Positions 1-10,868 of a DNA stretch of 38,440 bases are shown here, one piece after another. Every line of letters starts with the position of its first letter. The stretch's first letter is position 1. The position numbers and the translations under genes were made by a program. Source of the stretch: Stramenopiles sp. TOSAG23-2 (lineage: Eukaryota); the NCBI GenBank assembly GCA_900128395.1, contig LT649317.1, forward strand, positions 1 through 38,440, read 5' to 3'. The notes under the pieces were generated by a model. The model was not told where the DNA came from. It worked only from the letters and a program-made list of their open reading frames with translations, and made no database searches.

Positions 1-554
1 CACATGTTTTTCAATAAAAAGTAGAAATATATATGTTAAAGTGGTATAAATGTATAGATTATAATACTAAATATTGTACTTAAATATACCCTATTATATA
101 GTACTTTTTTTACTGATCCTCCTGATCTTATCGAAGATGGGTCATATATGATATTATTATTTTTATTTTAATATCATATTTTTAAATATTATACTCTACC
201 ACGGTACAATGTATCACACACCTTTGAACAATACACGGTTTTCAATTGATGCATCATATAATGTGTTAATTGCATCTCTTGTTTACCTCCACCAATGTTT
301 TTATATCTTAAAAATATTGGCAAACTCTGTGGATTTCAATGAACTCTATCGCAATGTTACGATTCATTGTATGATACATCTTTCAGTTTATTGAGATAGA
401 TTTGTCTCAGTTATTGTATCATATTCTTTCTGGAGAGTAGGAATTATCATGAGTAAATTAAAAAATAAGTTATTGCATTAATTATACTATATATATTACT
501 CGTATAATATCATATATTATAAAAAAAAAACACACACACATCATATCATACCAT

Positions 555-3500
555 TTATTTCTCATCTAAAGTATCAACTTCTAATTTCCCATCCCATTCA
601 CCTTGTCCATGAATAGTTGGATCAAATGGATCCCATGAATATGCATTTAATGCTTTGTAAGTTTTATTAAAACTATCTTTGACTTTTTTTACGCCAGAGG
701 CAACAGTATCAATGAGACCTTTAAATTTAGAGAAAAGTGCCGCTTTTGCCTTTTTTTTTAAGAAATCTAATTCACCTTTTGCTTCTACCTCTTCCTCAGT
801 AGACCATACACTTTCCTCATCATCACTGCTGTCTAGTGAAACATATGCAATACCTTTTCGCTTTGCATCAAGTCGTGCTATTTTTTCATCATATTCTTTT
901 CTTCTTTTTTTTCGAATTCGATTCTCCCTCCAATTTTCATATCCTTCATCCCAAGGACGTCTTTTCTCTTCCTTCTCTGCGCGGATTCTATATCGTAGTT
1001 GAATCGTTTTTGCTTTATCAATTTTATACTTATTAAATAGGTCTTCTTTTGTTCGTTTAGTCCATTCCTTATTATTCCATGTACCTTGTTCTTGTGTTAC
1101 ATTTCTAGCTTTTTCAATATTTTCAAAGTCTACTTTTTCTCTTTCATATTTTTCTCTTAATGTGTTTAATCGTTTATACGCCTCTTCTTTGCTACGAAAT
1201 TTATGTAAGTTGTAACTTCCTCCATTTTCAAAATGATTTACACGAGTTTTAATGTCTTCGTATTTCCCTTCTGTTTTTTGAAACGTTTTTAGAATTTTTA
1301 AAAATTCTTCCTCAACGGTAATTTGACTCTCTTCAATTTTTTTCATTCTATTATTAACCTCGTTGTACAACTTAAGCTTCCCAGCAATACTCCGTAAATA
1401 TGCTTCAATGTCTTTTTCTACTCGTGCCAAAGATGATTTTATGTACTTATATTCTTGGGATAAACGCTTTGCTTCTTTAGGTGAATAAATTACTTCTTGT
1501 ATGATAACCCAATCATTCGTTTTCTTATTGCCATTTTTCTTTTTCTTTTTTTTCTTCTTTTTCTTTTTCTTCTTCTTTTTTTTTGCATCATCATCATCAT
1601 CATTATCATTATTCCCATCATTATCACTATCGGAGGAATTTGGTGGCATTTCTTCTTGTTTTTCCTCCTCTTCACTTCCTGATTTTTTCTTTGCTTGACC
1701 AGGTATAGGACCAAATGGGCGTCGCCAAACTTTTAATTTTTCTGCAACTTTACCATAAGGACCCTCGTAATCCCTAATAGCCAGCAACAATTGATCCATT
1801 GAATACGGCATACTTAAGGTTGCGCGGATTCTTAATTTTGCCGGTCGTTTCATCCTTCCGACCATTTTTTCAATTTGTATTTTCGTCATAGTTGTCGCAT
1901 CTGCCCACAATTGCTCCCCAGACACATTTTGTCCACGGCCAATTTTTAATAGCAAGTGATCTTCTTGGATTTTCCCATCGTCATATTCTTCTGCTTGTCC
2001 TGTTGTCTTATGAATTAATACTCCAAAATCATGGCCAGGTATTGGTTTGAATGTTATTCCAATACTTCCAGGGCTGAAAAATTCAGCTATATATTCTTCC
2101 GGTTTTAAATCGATAAAATCCGTCGAACGTACTATAAAACATTTCATGGTTGCACCGTCAGCCCCCCATGGCATTTCACATCTCTCAACGCGCCTTTTAT
2201 CAATTGAATTCAACAATGCACTTAGCACCTTGTAATGAAATTGCTGCGCGCGTAACAATATTAAGTCGATGACGCCTTGAACTACGTCAGCTGAATTTGA
2301 ACCAGCTGGAAAAGGTCCATTAACATATCCATCGGCCATTGAATCAATATCAGATACATCATTCTTATCTAAATAGGAAAGGATTAATGGATCGATTAGC
2401 AAATTATTTGCTTTTGGTGTCAATCGAGAATGTGCAAATTTAACATTTCGATCTTTCATAGCCTTTCTAAAATCATTTAAGCGCCATTCTCGCACCGCAC
2501 AATACTCGCGTACAGAATCTGTTCCAAAACCAACTGGGGCAAAAAATTTCGGTTTTTTAGCACGTATTCGATCACCAACATAAATACCTTCACCTGGTGG
2601 TGGGCGAATATCAATCCGCTCTAGTTCTTCTTGGTGTATTTCGCCATCAAATCTACCTGCGCGTAATCCACCATTACCAGATGCTACTTCGACATCGCAA
2701 GATTCCTTATTATCCGCTTGAAATGCTTTTCTAGGCTTAACACCATGACTTAAAAATTGTAAGCATTTTTTTTGTACGCATCGGGCGCGTGATGTATCAT
2801 CAAATACAACATCATAAGTACCGTCAGTATTAACTGTACTAATTGTGCCTTCATGATACTTGCTCCAACCCGATTGTCCTTTTTTGAACCTTGGTATAGG
2901 GGGTTTTAGTTTTAAATTCTCAATTCTTTCATCTGTCCACCACCAATCACACATTTGTATTTTCTTATTCACATTTGGATTCAATTCGCCGGTTACATCG
3001 ATTGCTAATTCAAATGGTGGTGATATTAAAGTTTTATTCCACCCCAACATTAATTGCTTCAACGCTGTTAAATGTTGAAATGATAACGGCAACTCTACTA
3101 TACGATTGGCTTGCAACCATAGCTTTTCCAGTGACGAGCGGAGTGCACCTTGACCAAATGATTCATCGATGCTCTTGATACGATTAGAGCTTAAATATAA
3201 ATTTCGTAATGACGGCATTCTTGCAAAATCCAACGGAATTTTCTTCAGTTTATTTCTACATAAGTCTAAATGTTGTAATGATACCAATTGATCGAAACCT
3301 ACGGGCAAGCGCCTGATATTATTGAATTGCAACGTCAACCTTCTCAAATTTTTACAAAGTGTTATAGATTGTGGCAATTTTACTAATCTATTTAATTCTA
3401 GTTCTAGCACTTCCAACCCAATACATTTGCCGATGCGTTCTGGCAAGTCGCTTATTTTGTTTCTACAAATTCGTAGTTCTTTCAATCGAAACATATGTAC

Positions 3501-6500
3501 AAATTTTTCAGGCAATTGTTGTATGTTATTATCTTCGCAATAAAGATATCGTAAACTTTTCAATCCGCAGACTATTTCATTGATTTCAGTCAAACGATTA
3601 TTGGCAACATGTAATGTCACTATGGTTTTCAGTTCTTTTACATGATCTGGGATTGCAGTAAAATTGTTATTATTAATTCGCAATTCGGTCAAGCTTGTCA
3701 GAGCTAAAAATTCATGTGGAATGTCTGTCAATGATCTCCATTGCAAATCAAGTTTACCAGTTTGACTGGCAATTCTTGCAACTTCTTTAGTTTCGTCATC
3801 GAATCGTGGTTTGGGGATTACGACTTCGTCAAATAAACCTCGTTTTGAAAGGCCTACATTTGGGGGGCGTCCTCCATGCTTCTTTCTCCATTCTTCTTCT
3901 TTCAGATGATATTGATATGCTGGTATTCCACCTTTTTCAAACAACCATCTTAATTTATCATCAACAGCATTCCCACCAAGCATCAAATCGGTTAATGACG
4001 TTAAATACATCATAGTATATGGTAATTCTTCTATTCTATTTGCTTGAAGCCAAACCCGATTTAAATTGGTTAACTGGCCAAAACATTCTGGAATTTCTGT
4101 AATTCGATTTCGATCTATTTTAAGACATGTTAATGCCGTCATTTGATTAATATATTTTGGTAAATGATGTATATAATTATTTGACATAATTAATGTATGA
4201 AGCCTTGTCAATTTGCAAAATGACCATGGCATTAATTCAATTTTATTATTTTGCGCCCATAGTTCTTCTAATAGAACACATTGCCCGATTGTTTCCGGTA
4301 AATCGCGGAGGAGAAGATTTTCTAAGGACAAAAACATTAAATTTTGTAATACGAAATTATCTAACGACTTTGGCATTTTCGCTGATTTTCGCCGGGATAG
4401 ATTATTATAATAAAATGATTTGCCGTTCCTGCTATCAAATTGTATTTCCCACACAGTTTGCCGTTCCCGAATCAATTTTTGATAAGGTGTTAACGATGCG
4501 AGATCCGTTGATGTGGGTACCTCTGGTAATCGTGCTATAACTTCATCAGTATCAACATGCCTGTAACCAATGCATTCCTCATTTTCGCCTGAGCCGATTA
4601 AAATCGGTTCCCAAAGGCGCAGTTCATCTTCTGTTGGTGGAGGTGGCAATTTTCTTGGCACATGCATCAATGCCAACGTAGCGACAGGATTAAAACCTAA
4701 ATGTAATTGTGCCAGGTTTTTCAATTCTGGTATAGTATCAGGCATTCGCATTAAATTATTCTGCTTTAAATAAATTTCTTCTAATTGGTGTAATTTTGCT
4801 ATTGAATTTGGTAACTCATTTAATTTATTATTTGTTAAATCGATAATTTCTAAACGTGTCAAACGTCCAATATCCCATGGCAATTCAGTAAGATAATTAT
4901 GTGGGAGATACAATTCTTCTAATGCTGTTAATATGCCGATATTATCTGGCAAAGCAGTTAATTTATTACTTCCTAAATGCAACTCGGTTAAATTTGGGAA
5001 ACTTCGAGTGAACCACGTATCTAATTTACTAATTTTATTGCCAGTTAATCTCATAATCCTTAATCCTGCTATTTGAAACCCTAGTGTCGTTACGAAACTT
5101 TTTGGAATCTTTGTTATATTCATCCATAACATTTCAACTTCTCCATTGTTTCCCATGGATTTATGAAATGCACGTTTAAATAATTCTTCTTCCGTCATGT
5201 CATCCATGTCTTTTTGTTTTTTTCCTCCTGAAGATGAATTTAAACGCTCTATTTTGTTTTTCATTATATCCGTACCTAATGTCCCCCAGCCTTTAACTTT
5301 GTCTTTTGCCCATTTTAAATCTACAATATCTTTCTCCCACGTTTCAAAGTCTCTTATTGATTGTTCAACCTGTAAATCTGCTTGCGCAACAATCGTTTGT
5401 CTTGCAATCATGTGTGAACTAAGTTCCTTTGCAGATTCTGCATACGTTATAGCGTGGCCTGCTCTGCCATCATGTGCTACTGTGTATGGCCTTTTCTTAG
5501 CTGCTTGCTTTAACAATGCTTCTACATCTATTTTATCTTTATCAATTTTAACACCTTTTAGTGGAACAGGTTTTTGTAATGGTATTCGGCCTAACTTTGT
5601 TGTTTTTGGTCGAGTCATTGGTGCTCTTTTATCTGGTGTTGCCGGTGCTGTTTGTTTTGCAGCTTGTTTTGGATATGGAACAGTTCCTCTAACATCTATT
5701 AACCATGGATGTTCTGCATTCATTTTCTGTTCTAAAGATCTATTAGCGGACGTTTTTGGTCGATTTTTTTCTTCCTCTTTTGTTAATGGACGTTTTGGAT
5801 ATGGGGTAATTGGTGGTTTCAGACTAGGATCAAAATTTTCATACACAAGTCTCGATGGGTCGTTTAATTTTCTAATAGTCTCAGCCGTATAAGGCCTTTC
5901 TTCTTCTTCTACATGGTATATAGTTGGTTCATTGTTGTATTCTTTTCCCTCATCCTCATCTTCTTCTTCTTCCTTTTCAACAATAATTCCGCCACCACCA
6001 TCAACATTATTTGATGGTGTAGTTATTGGTCTACCAAAATTATTATATGATGTATCTGACGTAGTAGGTCTTGACATATTCCCGGCAATGTATGTATCTG
6101 ACGTCATGGGACGACCACCAACATAGGTATCGGATGTTGTAGGTCTACCACCATATATATCAAAAACATCCGATGTCATTGGTCTGTAATTACTATCAGA
6201 TGTCATTGGTCTAAATGTTGTTGCTGTAGATAATGGTCTACCATACATATCCGTCATAACATCGGCAGTTAATGGTCTACCATATATATCTGTCATTCTT
6301 GAACTGGGTCTACTAGTAGAAAAATTTGTTGCTCCTGTAAGTGGTCGTAGACTGGAATTACTGGTAGTCATTCCAGTACCAGGACGAGACGATGCCGTGC
6401 CAGGTTTTTCACTCATATACCATTTTGTCCATTCTTCAGCTGCACCAACTAATCCAGGTTTTTTAATTATTGCACCACCATATGGCCCGTATGTTTTCTC

Positions 6501-6782
6501 CGGCTTTTTTGCATTTTGCCTATGATGCTTTTCAGCGAGAAGAGTATTAGATAAAGTTGCTGCATTTCTATTTTTATCTTTCCGTATCAGTCGCTTCAAT
6601 TCATTAACGCTTTTTTGTGCTTCCTTTGGTTTCCCAGGTGGAGCTGGCATGACATATTTATTTTTCATTTTTTTTACAGGGGATGTTGGTGGTAAATTTG
6701 ACGTAGTAGACGATGACGAGGGTAGCATTTTCTCTTCTTTATCATGTTTTTCTACTTCTTCTTGATCGTTTGAGTGTTGCAT
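555..6782 (-). CDS. Giant leucine-rich-repeat protein (2075 aa) with N-terminal RPx[S/T] repeats, WW-like, Tudor-like and PDZ-like modules and a C-terminal coiled coil
   Basis: Uninterrupted ORF. Many LxxLxLxxNxLxxLP repeats (LTELHLGSNKLTALP, LEELYLPHNYLTELP, LQHLDLCRNKLKKIP). WW-like WEIQFDSRNGKSFYYN, Tudor-like GTISTVNTDGTYDVVFDD, PDZ-like FSPGSIGITF...GVLIH. Confidence 0.85.
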   Translation of the reverse strand: MQHSNDQEEVEKHDKEEKMLPSSSSTTSNLPPTSPVKKMKNKYVMPAPPGKPKEAQKSVNELKRLIRKDKNRNAATLSNTLLAEKHHRQNAKKPEKTYGPYGGAIIKKPGLVGAAEEWTKWYMSEKPGTASSRPGTGMTTSNSSLRPLTGATNFSTSRPSSRMTDIYGRPLTADVMTDMYGRPLSTATTFRPMTSDSNYRPMTSDVFDIYGGRPTTSDTYVGGRPMTSDTYIAGNMSRPTTSDTSYNNFGRPITTPSNNVDGGGGIIVEKEEEEDEDEGKEYNNEPTIYHVEEEERPYTAETIRKLNDPSRLVYENFDPSLKPPITPYPKRPLTKEEEKNRPKTSANRSLEQKMNAEHPWLIDVRGTVPYPKQAAKQTAPATPDKRAPMTRPKTTKLGRIPLQKPVPLKGVKIDKDKIDVEALLKQAAKKRPYTVAHDGRAGHAITYAESAKELSSHMIARQTIVAQADLQVEQSIRDFETWEKDIVDLKWAKDKVKGWGTLGTDIMKNKIERLNSSSGGKKQKDMDDMTEEELFKRAFHKSMGNNGEVEMLWMNITKIPKSFVTTLGFQIAGLRIMRLTGNKISKLDTWFTRSFPNLTELHLGSNKLTALPDNIGILTALEELYLPHNYLTELPWDIGRLTRLEIIDLTNNKLNELPNSIAKLHQLEEIYLKQNNLMRMPDTIPELKNLAQLHLGFNPVATLALMHVPRKLPPPPTEDELRLWEPILIGSGENEECIGYRHVDTDEVIARLPEVPTSTDLASLTPYQKLIRERQTVWEIQFDSRNGKSFYYNNLSRRKSAKMPKSLDNFVLQNLMFLSLENLLLRDLPETIGQCVLLEELWAQNNKIELMPWSFCKLTRLHTLIMSNNYIHHLPKYINQMTALTCLKIDRNRITEIPECFGQLTNLNRVWLQANRIEELPYTMMYLTSLTDLMLGGNAVDDKLRWLFEKGGIPAYQYHLKEEEWRKKHGGRPPNVGLSKRGLFDEVVIPKPRFDDETKEVARIASQTGKLDLQWRSLTDIPHEFLALTSLTELRINNNNFTAIPDHVKELKTIVTLHVANNRLTEINEIVCGLKSLRYLYCEDNNIQQLPEKFVHMFRLKELRICRNKISDLPERIGKCIGLEVLELELNRLVKLPQSITLCKNLRRLTLQFNNIRRLPVGFDQLVSLQHLDLCRNKLKKIPLDFARMPSLRNLYLSSNRIKSIDESFGQGALRSSLEKLWLQANRIVELPLSFQHLTALKQLMLGWNKTLISPPFELAIDVTGELNPNVNKKIQMCDWWWTDERIENLKLKPPIPRFKKGQSGWSKYHEGTISTVNTDGTYDVVFDDTSRARCVQKKCLQFLSHGVKPRKAFQADNKESCDVEVASGNGGLRAGRFDGEIHQEELERIDIRPPPGEGIYVGDRIRAKKPKFFAPVGFGTDSVREYCAVREWRLNDFRKAMKDRNVKFAHSRLTPKANNLLIDPLILSYLDKNDVSDIDSMADGYVNGPFPAGSNSADVVQGVIDLILLRAQQFHYKVLSALLNSIDKRRVERCEMPWGADGATMKCFIVRSTDFIDLKPEEYIAEFFSPGSIGITFKPIPGHDFGVLIHKTTGQAEEYDDGKIQEDHLLLKIGRGQNVSGEQLWADATTMTKIQIEKMVGRMKRPAKLRIRATLSMPYSMDQLLLAIRDYEGPYGKVAEKLKVWRRPFGPIPGQAKKKSGSEEEEKQEEMPPNSSDSDNDGNNDNDDDDDAKKKKKKKKKKKKKKKKNGNKKTNDWVIIQEVIYSPKEAKRLSQEYKYIKSSLARVEKDIEAYLRSIAGKLKLYNEVNNRMKKIEESQITVEEEFLKILKTFQKTEGKYEDIKTRVNHFENGGSYNLHKFRSKEEAYKRLNTLREKYEREKVDFENIEKARNVTQEQGTWNNKEWTKRTKEDLFNKYKIDKAKTIQLRYRIRAEKEEKRRPWDEGYENWRENRIRKKRRKEYDEKIARLDAKRKGIAYVSLDSSDDEESVWSTEEEVEAKGELDFLKKKAKAALFSKFKGLIDTVASGVKKVKDSFNKTYKALNAYSWDPFDPTIHGQGEWDGKLEVDTLDEK

Positions 6783-7424
6783 GTTATATGCGTTTCTTAT
6801 TTTGGGTATGATTATATATATTTACAGTAGAATCATTGATGCCATTTTTATTTGCTTGGTATCGCGTTTGTGTTTTCTATTTCATTTTGTATATCCATAT
6901 ATATATAAAAGTTAATTTACAAAAAAAGGACTAATTATTATTATTATATATGAGTAATAAATAATAATATATTATATTATAGTAACGGTTTGGTTTTTAT
7001 CATTATTTGTAATTAGAGTAATAGTAGTGTCTTTTCTTGGCTTCCAGAGGCTTTTCCTGGCTTCCGTCCAAATGAGAAAAAGGCTGTTGTCCAGGTTGTC
7101 CTGGTTGTCCGCATCGCACCATATTATATTGTTATACTAGTTAATACCTTATTTGTACTTTTATAATCCATAGTGATGTGATGCTGGCCGGGTATTAGTT
7201 TAGGCGGCAAATTGATGAAGAAACACAATTTTAACAATGATATACTGTGGAGTGCCAGAGTGCACGAGAGTGTGGAGTGGAGAGTGAGTGCTGGAGTGTG
7301 GTGGAAGAAAATAATCATCTCTTCTTATTATTATATAATAAAACTAAAAAAAAATAGCAAATACAAAATTCAAAAAAAAACGTTGCAGTGTGTGTATATA
7401 TAGAACAGGGTGTATGTAAATATA

Positions 7425-7431
<7 letters not shown>

Positions 7432-7459
<28 letters not shown>

Positions 7460-7471
7460 GATAGATAGATA
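7432..7471. repeat. (AT)n/(AGAT)n microsatellite just upstream of the BRCT gene start
   Basis: Read directly from the sequence. Confidence 0.85.
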
Positions 7472-7477
7472 TTTAAA

Positions 7478-10400
7478 ATGGATTTGGAAACCCAATTTTA
7501 CGACGAGGAAAATGAACCTGCAGCGGTTGTTGCATCATCCTCCCCTGGCAATAATCAAAATGTCGATAATAATAATACAAATAATCAATCTAACTTAATT
7601 AATATTAATAAAACAAATGTTACAAGTGTTACTGATAGCAAGGATGGTGGTGCTGTAATGGAGACGCAAGAGCTTGTTGCTACGCAAGAATTTGTTGAAG
7701 ATGAAGAAGGAGAAGAGTCAGATGCAGAATCTGATGAAATGTACGAAGATGATTTTGAAGAAGTCCAAGGGGAAGTCAGTCCAAATGACACCCAGTTTTC
7801 ACTAACTGATGACCCAGAGGGTATATTTGCTACGCAAAAAGATTTGAATAATACCCAACACGATGCTATCACAACGCATCAAGATAGCAGTCCTGCAGTT
7901 GTTGCCAAGGAGCAAGACAACGATGAGACGCAAAACTACGACACAACGTTAAATTATGAAGAAAAAGAAGAGGAAGTCCAACATAATAACAATAATGTCG
8001 TGGAGGACGATTTCAATGCTACACAAGTTGTTCAAGACGACGATGACGACGAGGAAGACGAAGATGAGATTGAAATTGATGGTGGTGCTACCCAGGTATT
8101 TGATGCAAATGAAAATAATACTAATCAATCCGTGACACTAATCATTGATAATGATGCGACTCAAGTGTTCAATGACAACGATGATGATGCTGCTAATACC
8201 ATTACCACCACTACCACTACCACGCCTGGTAATAGATCAACAACGGTGGTGGAAGGAGGAGGAGACACATCAACAACAAATAGTGACGATGATCGTAATG
8301 CGAAAATCATTGCCTTGCGAAAAGCTTTAGCAGATGCAAAAGCACAGGTAGAAAGGGAAAAGCAGAATTATATAAATTCCCTTGCTTCACAGAAAAAAGA
8401 ATCTGGCGAAAGTATAGCAAAATTGCAACTGGAAGTGCAAAATGCATTTTCTGAAATGCAAAATATACAACAAGAGCTTAGTGCGAAAGATGCACAAATG
8501 AAGAAACAAGCAGAAGAATCGACAGCCAATAATGGGCAAGTGATTGTTGATCTTGAATCTAAGGTTAAAACTTTGAATTCCAAATTAGAAAACGACAAAG
8601 CAGAATTTTTAAAAGCAATAAGCACGAGAGAGAAATCGATTGTGGAATTACAAACAAAGTTGGATAACTTAACTCGTGACCATCAGAAAGCTATTAATGA
8701 TCATAAAATACTCCTTGAGGAAGAACAGAAACGAAATCAAGACGTTGCTTCCAAAAGTCAAGAAGCTTTAGATTCTGTCAGAGAAGACCATAAAGTAGCT
8801 AATGAACAAATGGCAGAAAAAGATAATAAAATAGCAACTTTGAAAGGAGAAGTGGCGGGTTTACAAGGACGTTTGGAAGAATCAAAAGCAGGTGTAGGAG
8901 ATTTGCAAAAAACTCTGGATCAATTGTCAAAAAAGATGAACGAAATGGTAGAAGCGCACAAAGAACAGGTTGAAGTGAATGCAGAGCAAGTGAATGCACT
9001 ACAAGCGGAACGGGATGAATTATCAAGTTCAATTGAAAAGCACATTAGTGAAGTGAAAGATTTAAAGGACAAACTGAACGCTAAGGATAATGATTTAAGA
9101 GAACATGCTGATAACAAAGCAAAACTTGAGAATGAAATTGAGGAAATGAAAAAGAAAGCTGCGGCTGGCATCGAACATATGATGTCAAAACACAAATCTG
9201 AAATACAAACTTTACGAAGTAAATTGAGTGATGAAATTTCTGAATTAAAGGAAAAAGTAAAAAGTGATGAAACATTTGCAAATGTTGCTGTTAATGCTAA
9301 TGGATCGTCATCGTCAACAAGGGCAGAAACGGCAGCAACAACCAATACTAGCACAACAACAACAACAACAACAACAAGTAATACTTTTATTGTAAATGAT
9401 GATAATAATGACAATATTATGGGTGATGATGATGACACAAATACCAGTGCAAATTCAACATTAAATAGTTCATTAAAACGACGTTCTTCTAGCAGAAATA
9501 ATAAAAAAACAAAGACAAAAAAAGTTTCTTTTTCAAAAGAAGTTATTGCAGGTGATGATAATGAAGAAGAAGAAGAAGAAGAAGAACAACAACAAATTGA
9601 AAAACCATCACCAAGGAAAAAAAGAAAAGTCAATTCAACACGTAGTGTCATAAAAACTAAAGGCAAAGGTGGTAGTAGTAGTAGCAGCAGCAGCAGTATG
9701 TCTTCGAAAAAAACATCGCGAACTTCAACCAGAAATGTATCGAATAGAAAAGTTGTATTCTGTTATACTGGTATTGCAGTAGAAAAAGGTTTAAAAAGAA
9801 ATTTGTCGAAAATTAATGCAAGTTATGCTGATAATTACAACAAAGACGTGACGCATATTGTTATGCAAAAAAAACACGTAAAAGGCCGTACGATGAAAAT
9901 TATGTTGGCATTAGCTGGAACATGCACTGATGATGGATTACCACACTTTGTAAATGAAGATTTTGTAAATGAATCAATTCGTTCCGACCAATTACAAAAT
10001 GAAAGTGATTTTAAGCCTATATGGACAAAAGATGAAGAAAAGAAACATGGAGTAAATTGGCAGAAAACATTGCAACAATTTAAAAATCGAAAAGGGCCAT
10101 TATTTAATGGCTATCGAATTTTTATGAGCAAAGCGATTACAAAAAATTCAAGGCCATCTAAAAGTGACGTCACTGCATTAATTAAATTTGGTGGTGGTAC
10201 CATTTTAGGAAGATTACCACGTTCAGGTAGTGTTGATTCCGGTGGAGATTTAGTAATACTTGCGTTAGATGAGAAGGATGCTAAAAAATATGAAGCTAAT
10301 AAACCATCAGGTGGTATCTTTGATGTAAAGGTTTTATTTGATGCTGTATTTTTACAACAACCGTTTAATATAATGAATAAAAATCACTTGCGATTGGATG

Positions 10401-10513
10401 GTGGTGGTGGTGGAAGCAGTAGTAATAGTAGCACTAGATCATCTAAAAGAACATCAAAGAATGCAGCTGATGGTGGTACTGCGAGTTCAACAAGAAAACG
10501 AAGGAGGCGATAG
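7478..10513 (+). CDS. MDC1/PTIP-like DNA-damage mediator: acidic TQ cluster, central coiled coil, C-terminal tandem BRCT
   Basis: 1011-aa ORF with ten TQ dipeptides in the acidic N-terminus. BRCT1 (VVFCYTGI...VTHIV...GRTMKIMLAL) and BRCT2 (LFNGYRIFMS...LIKFGGGTIL) resemble the MDC1 tandem BRCT (VLFTG...RRTVKFLCAL...LLEGYEIYVT). Confidence 0.75.
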   Translation: MDLETQFYDEENEPAAVVASSSPGNNQNVDNNNTNNQSNLININKTNVTSVTDSKDGGAVMETQELVATQEFVEDEEGEESDAESDEMYEDDFEEVQGEVSPNDTQFSLTDDPEGIFATQKDLNNTQHDAITTHQDSSPAVVAKEQDNDETQNYDTTLNYEEKEEEVQHNNNNVVEDDFNATQVVQDDDDDEEDEDEIEIDGGATQVFDANENNTNQSVTLIIDNDATQVFNDNDDDAANTITTTTTTTPGNRSTTVVEGGGDTSTTNSDDDRNAKIIALRKALADAKAQVEREKQNYINSLASQKKESGESIAKLQLEVQNAFSEMQNIQQELSAKDAQMKKQAEESTANNGQVIVDLESKVKTLNSKLENDKAEFLKAISTREKSIVELQTKLDNLTRDHQKAINDHKILLEEEQKRNQDVASKSQEALDSVREDHKVANEQMAEKDNKIATLKGEVAGLQGRLEESKAGVGDLQKTLDQLSKKMNEMVEAHKEQVEVNAEQVNALQAERDELSSSIEKHISEVKDLKDKLNAKDNDLREHADNKAKLENEIEEMKKKAAAGIEHMMSKHKSEIQTLRSKLSDEISELKEKVKSDETFANVAVNANGSSSSTRAETAATTNTSTTTTTTTTSNTFIVNDDNNDNIMGDDDDTNTSANSTLNSSLKRRSSSRNNKKTKTKKVSFSKEVIAGDDNEEEEEEEEQQQIEKPSPRKKRKVNSTRSVIKTKGKGGSSSSSSSSMSSKKTSRTSTRNVSNRKVVFCYTGIAVEKGLKRNLSKINASYADNYNKDVTHIVMQKKHVKGRTMKIMLALAGTCTDDGLPHFVNEDFVNESIRSDQLQNESDFKPIWTKDEEKKHGVNWQKTLQQFKNRKGPLFNGYRIFMSKAITKNSRPSKSDVTALIKFGGGTILGRLPRSGSVDSGGDLVILALDEKDAKKYEANKPSGGIFDVKVLFDAVFLQQPFNIMNKNHLRLDGGGGGSSSNSSTRSSKRTSKNAADGGTASSTRKRRRR

Positions 10514-10868
10514 ACAGGAGTGTGTGCGAAATGTGTAAAAATTGTAAAAATAATACCGCGCGTTCGTATATTTTAGTAAAATGTATTATTTAAACAAACA
10601 TATGATACCGTAAAAAAATAAATTATTTTTTTTTTCTTTATTTCTCGCACTAAATCAGAACAGCAACACACCTAATTTTGTCCATTCACAATTATAATAA
10701 ACGCGTAAAAAAAAATTATTTTTTTTTTTCCATTTTTTTTTTTATTTTGATATATTTTCATTAATATTTATATTATTAATTGTTAATTAAAAACGATTTT
10801 CTTTTTTCTACATCTTTAAAAATAAATTATAACAATTATTCTACAGCCTTCTAGTTTAAATTATAGAA

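Noticed and set aside
5197-5892. Long antisense ORFs (5197..5892, 8920..9666, 18181..18612, 27166..27597, 35450..35854 and similar)
   Set aside because: They are shadows of real genes on the opposite strand, with F/S/L-rich composition and no domains.
6010-6400. Spaced DNA repeats (GGTCTACC, GATGTCATTGGTCT) resembling a CRISPR array
   Set aside because: They encode the RPxT peptide repeats inside a CDS, spacing is irregular, there are no cas genes and the context is eukaryotic.
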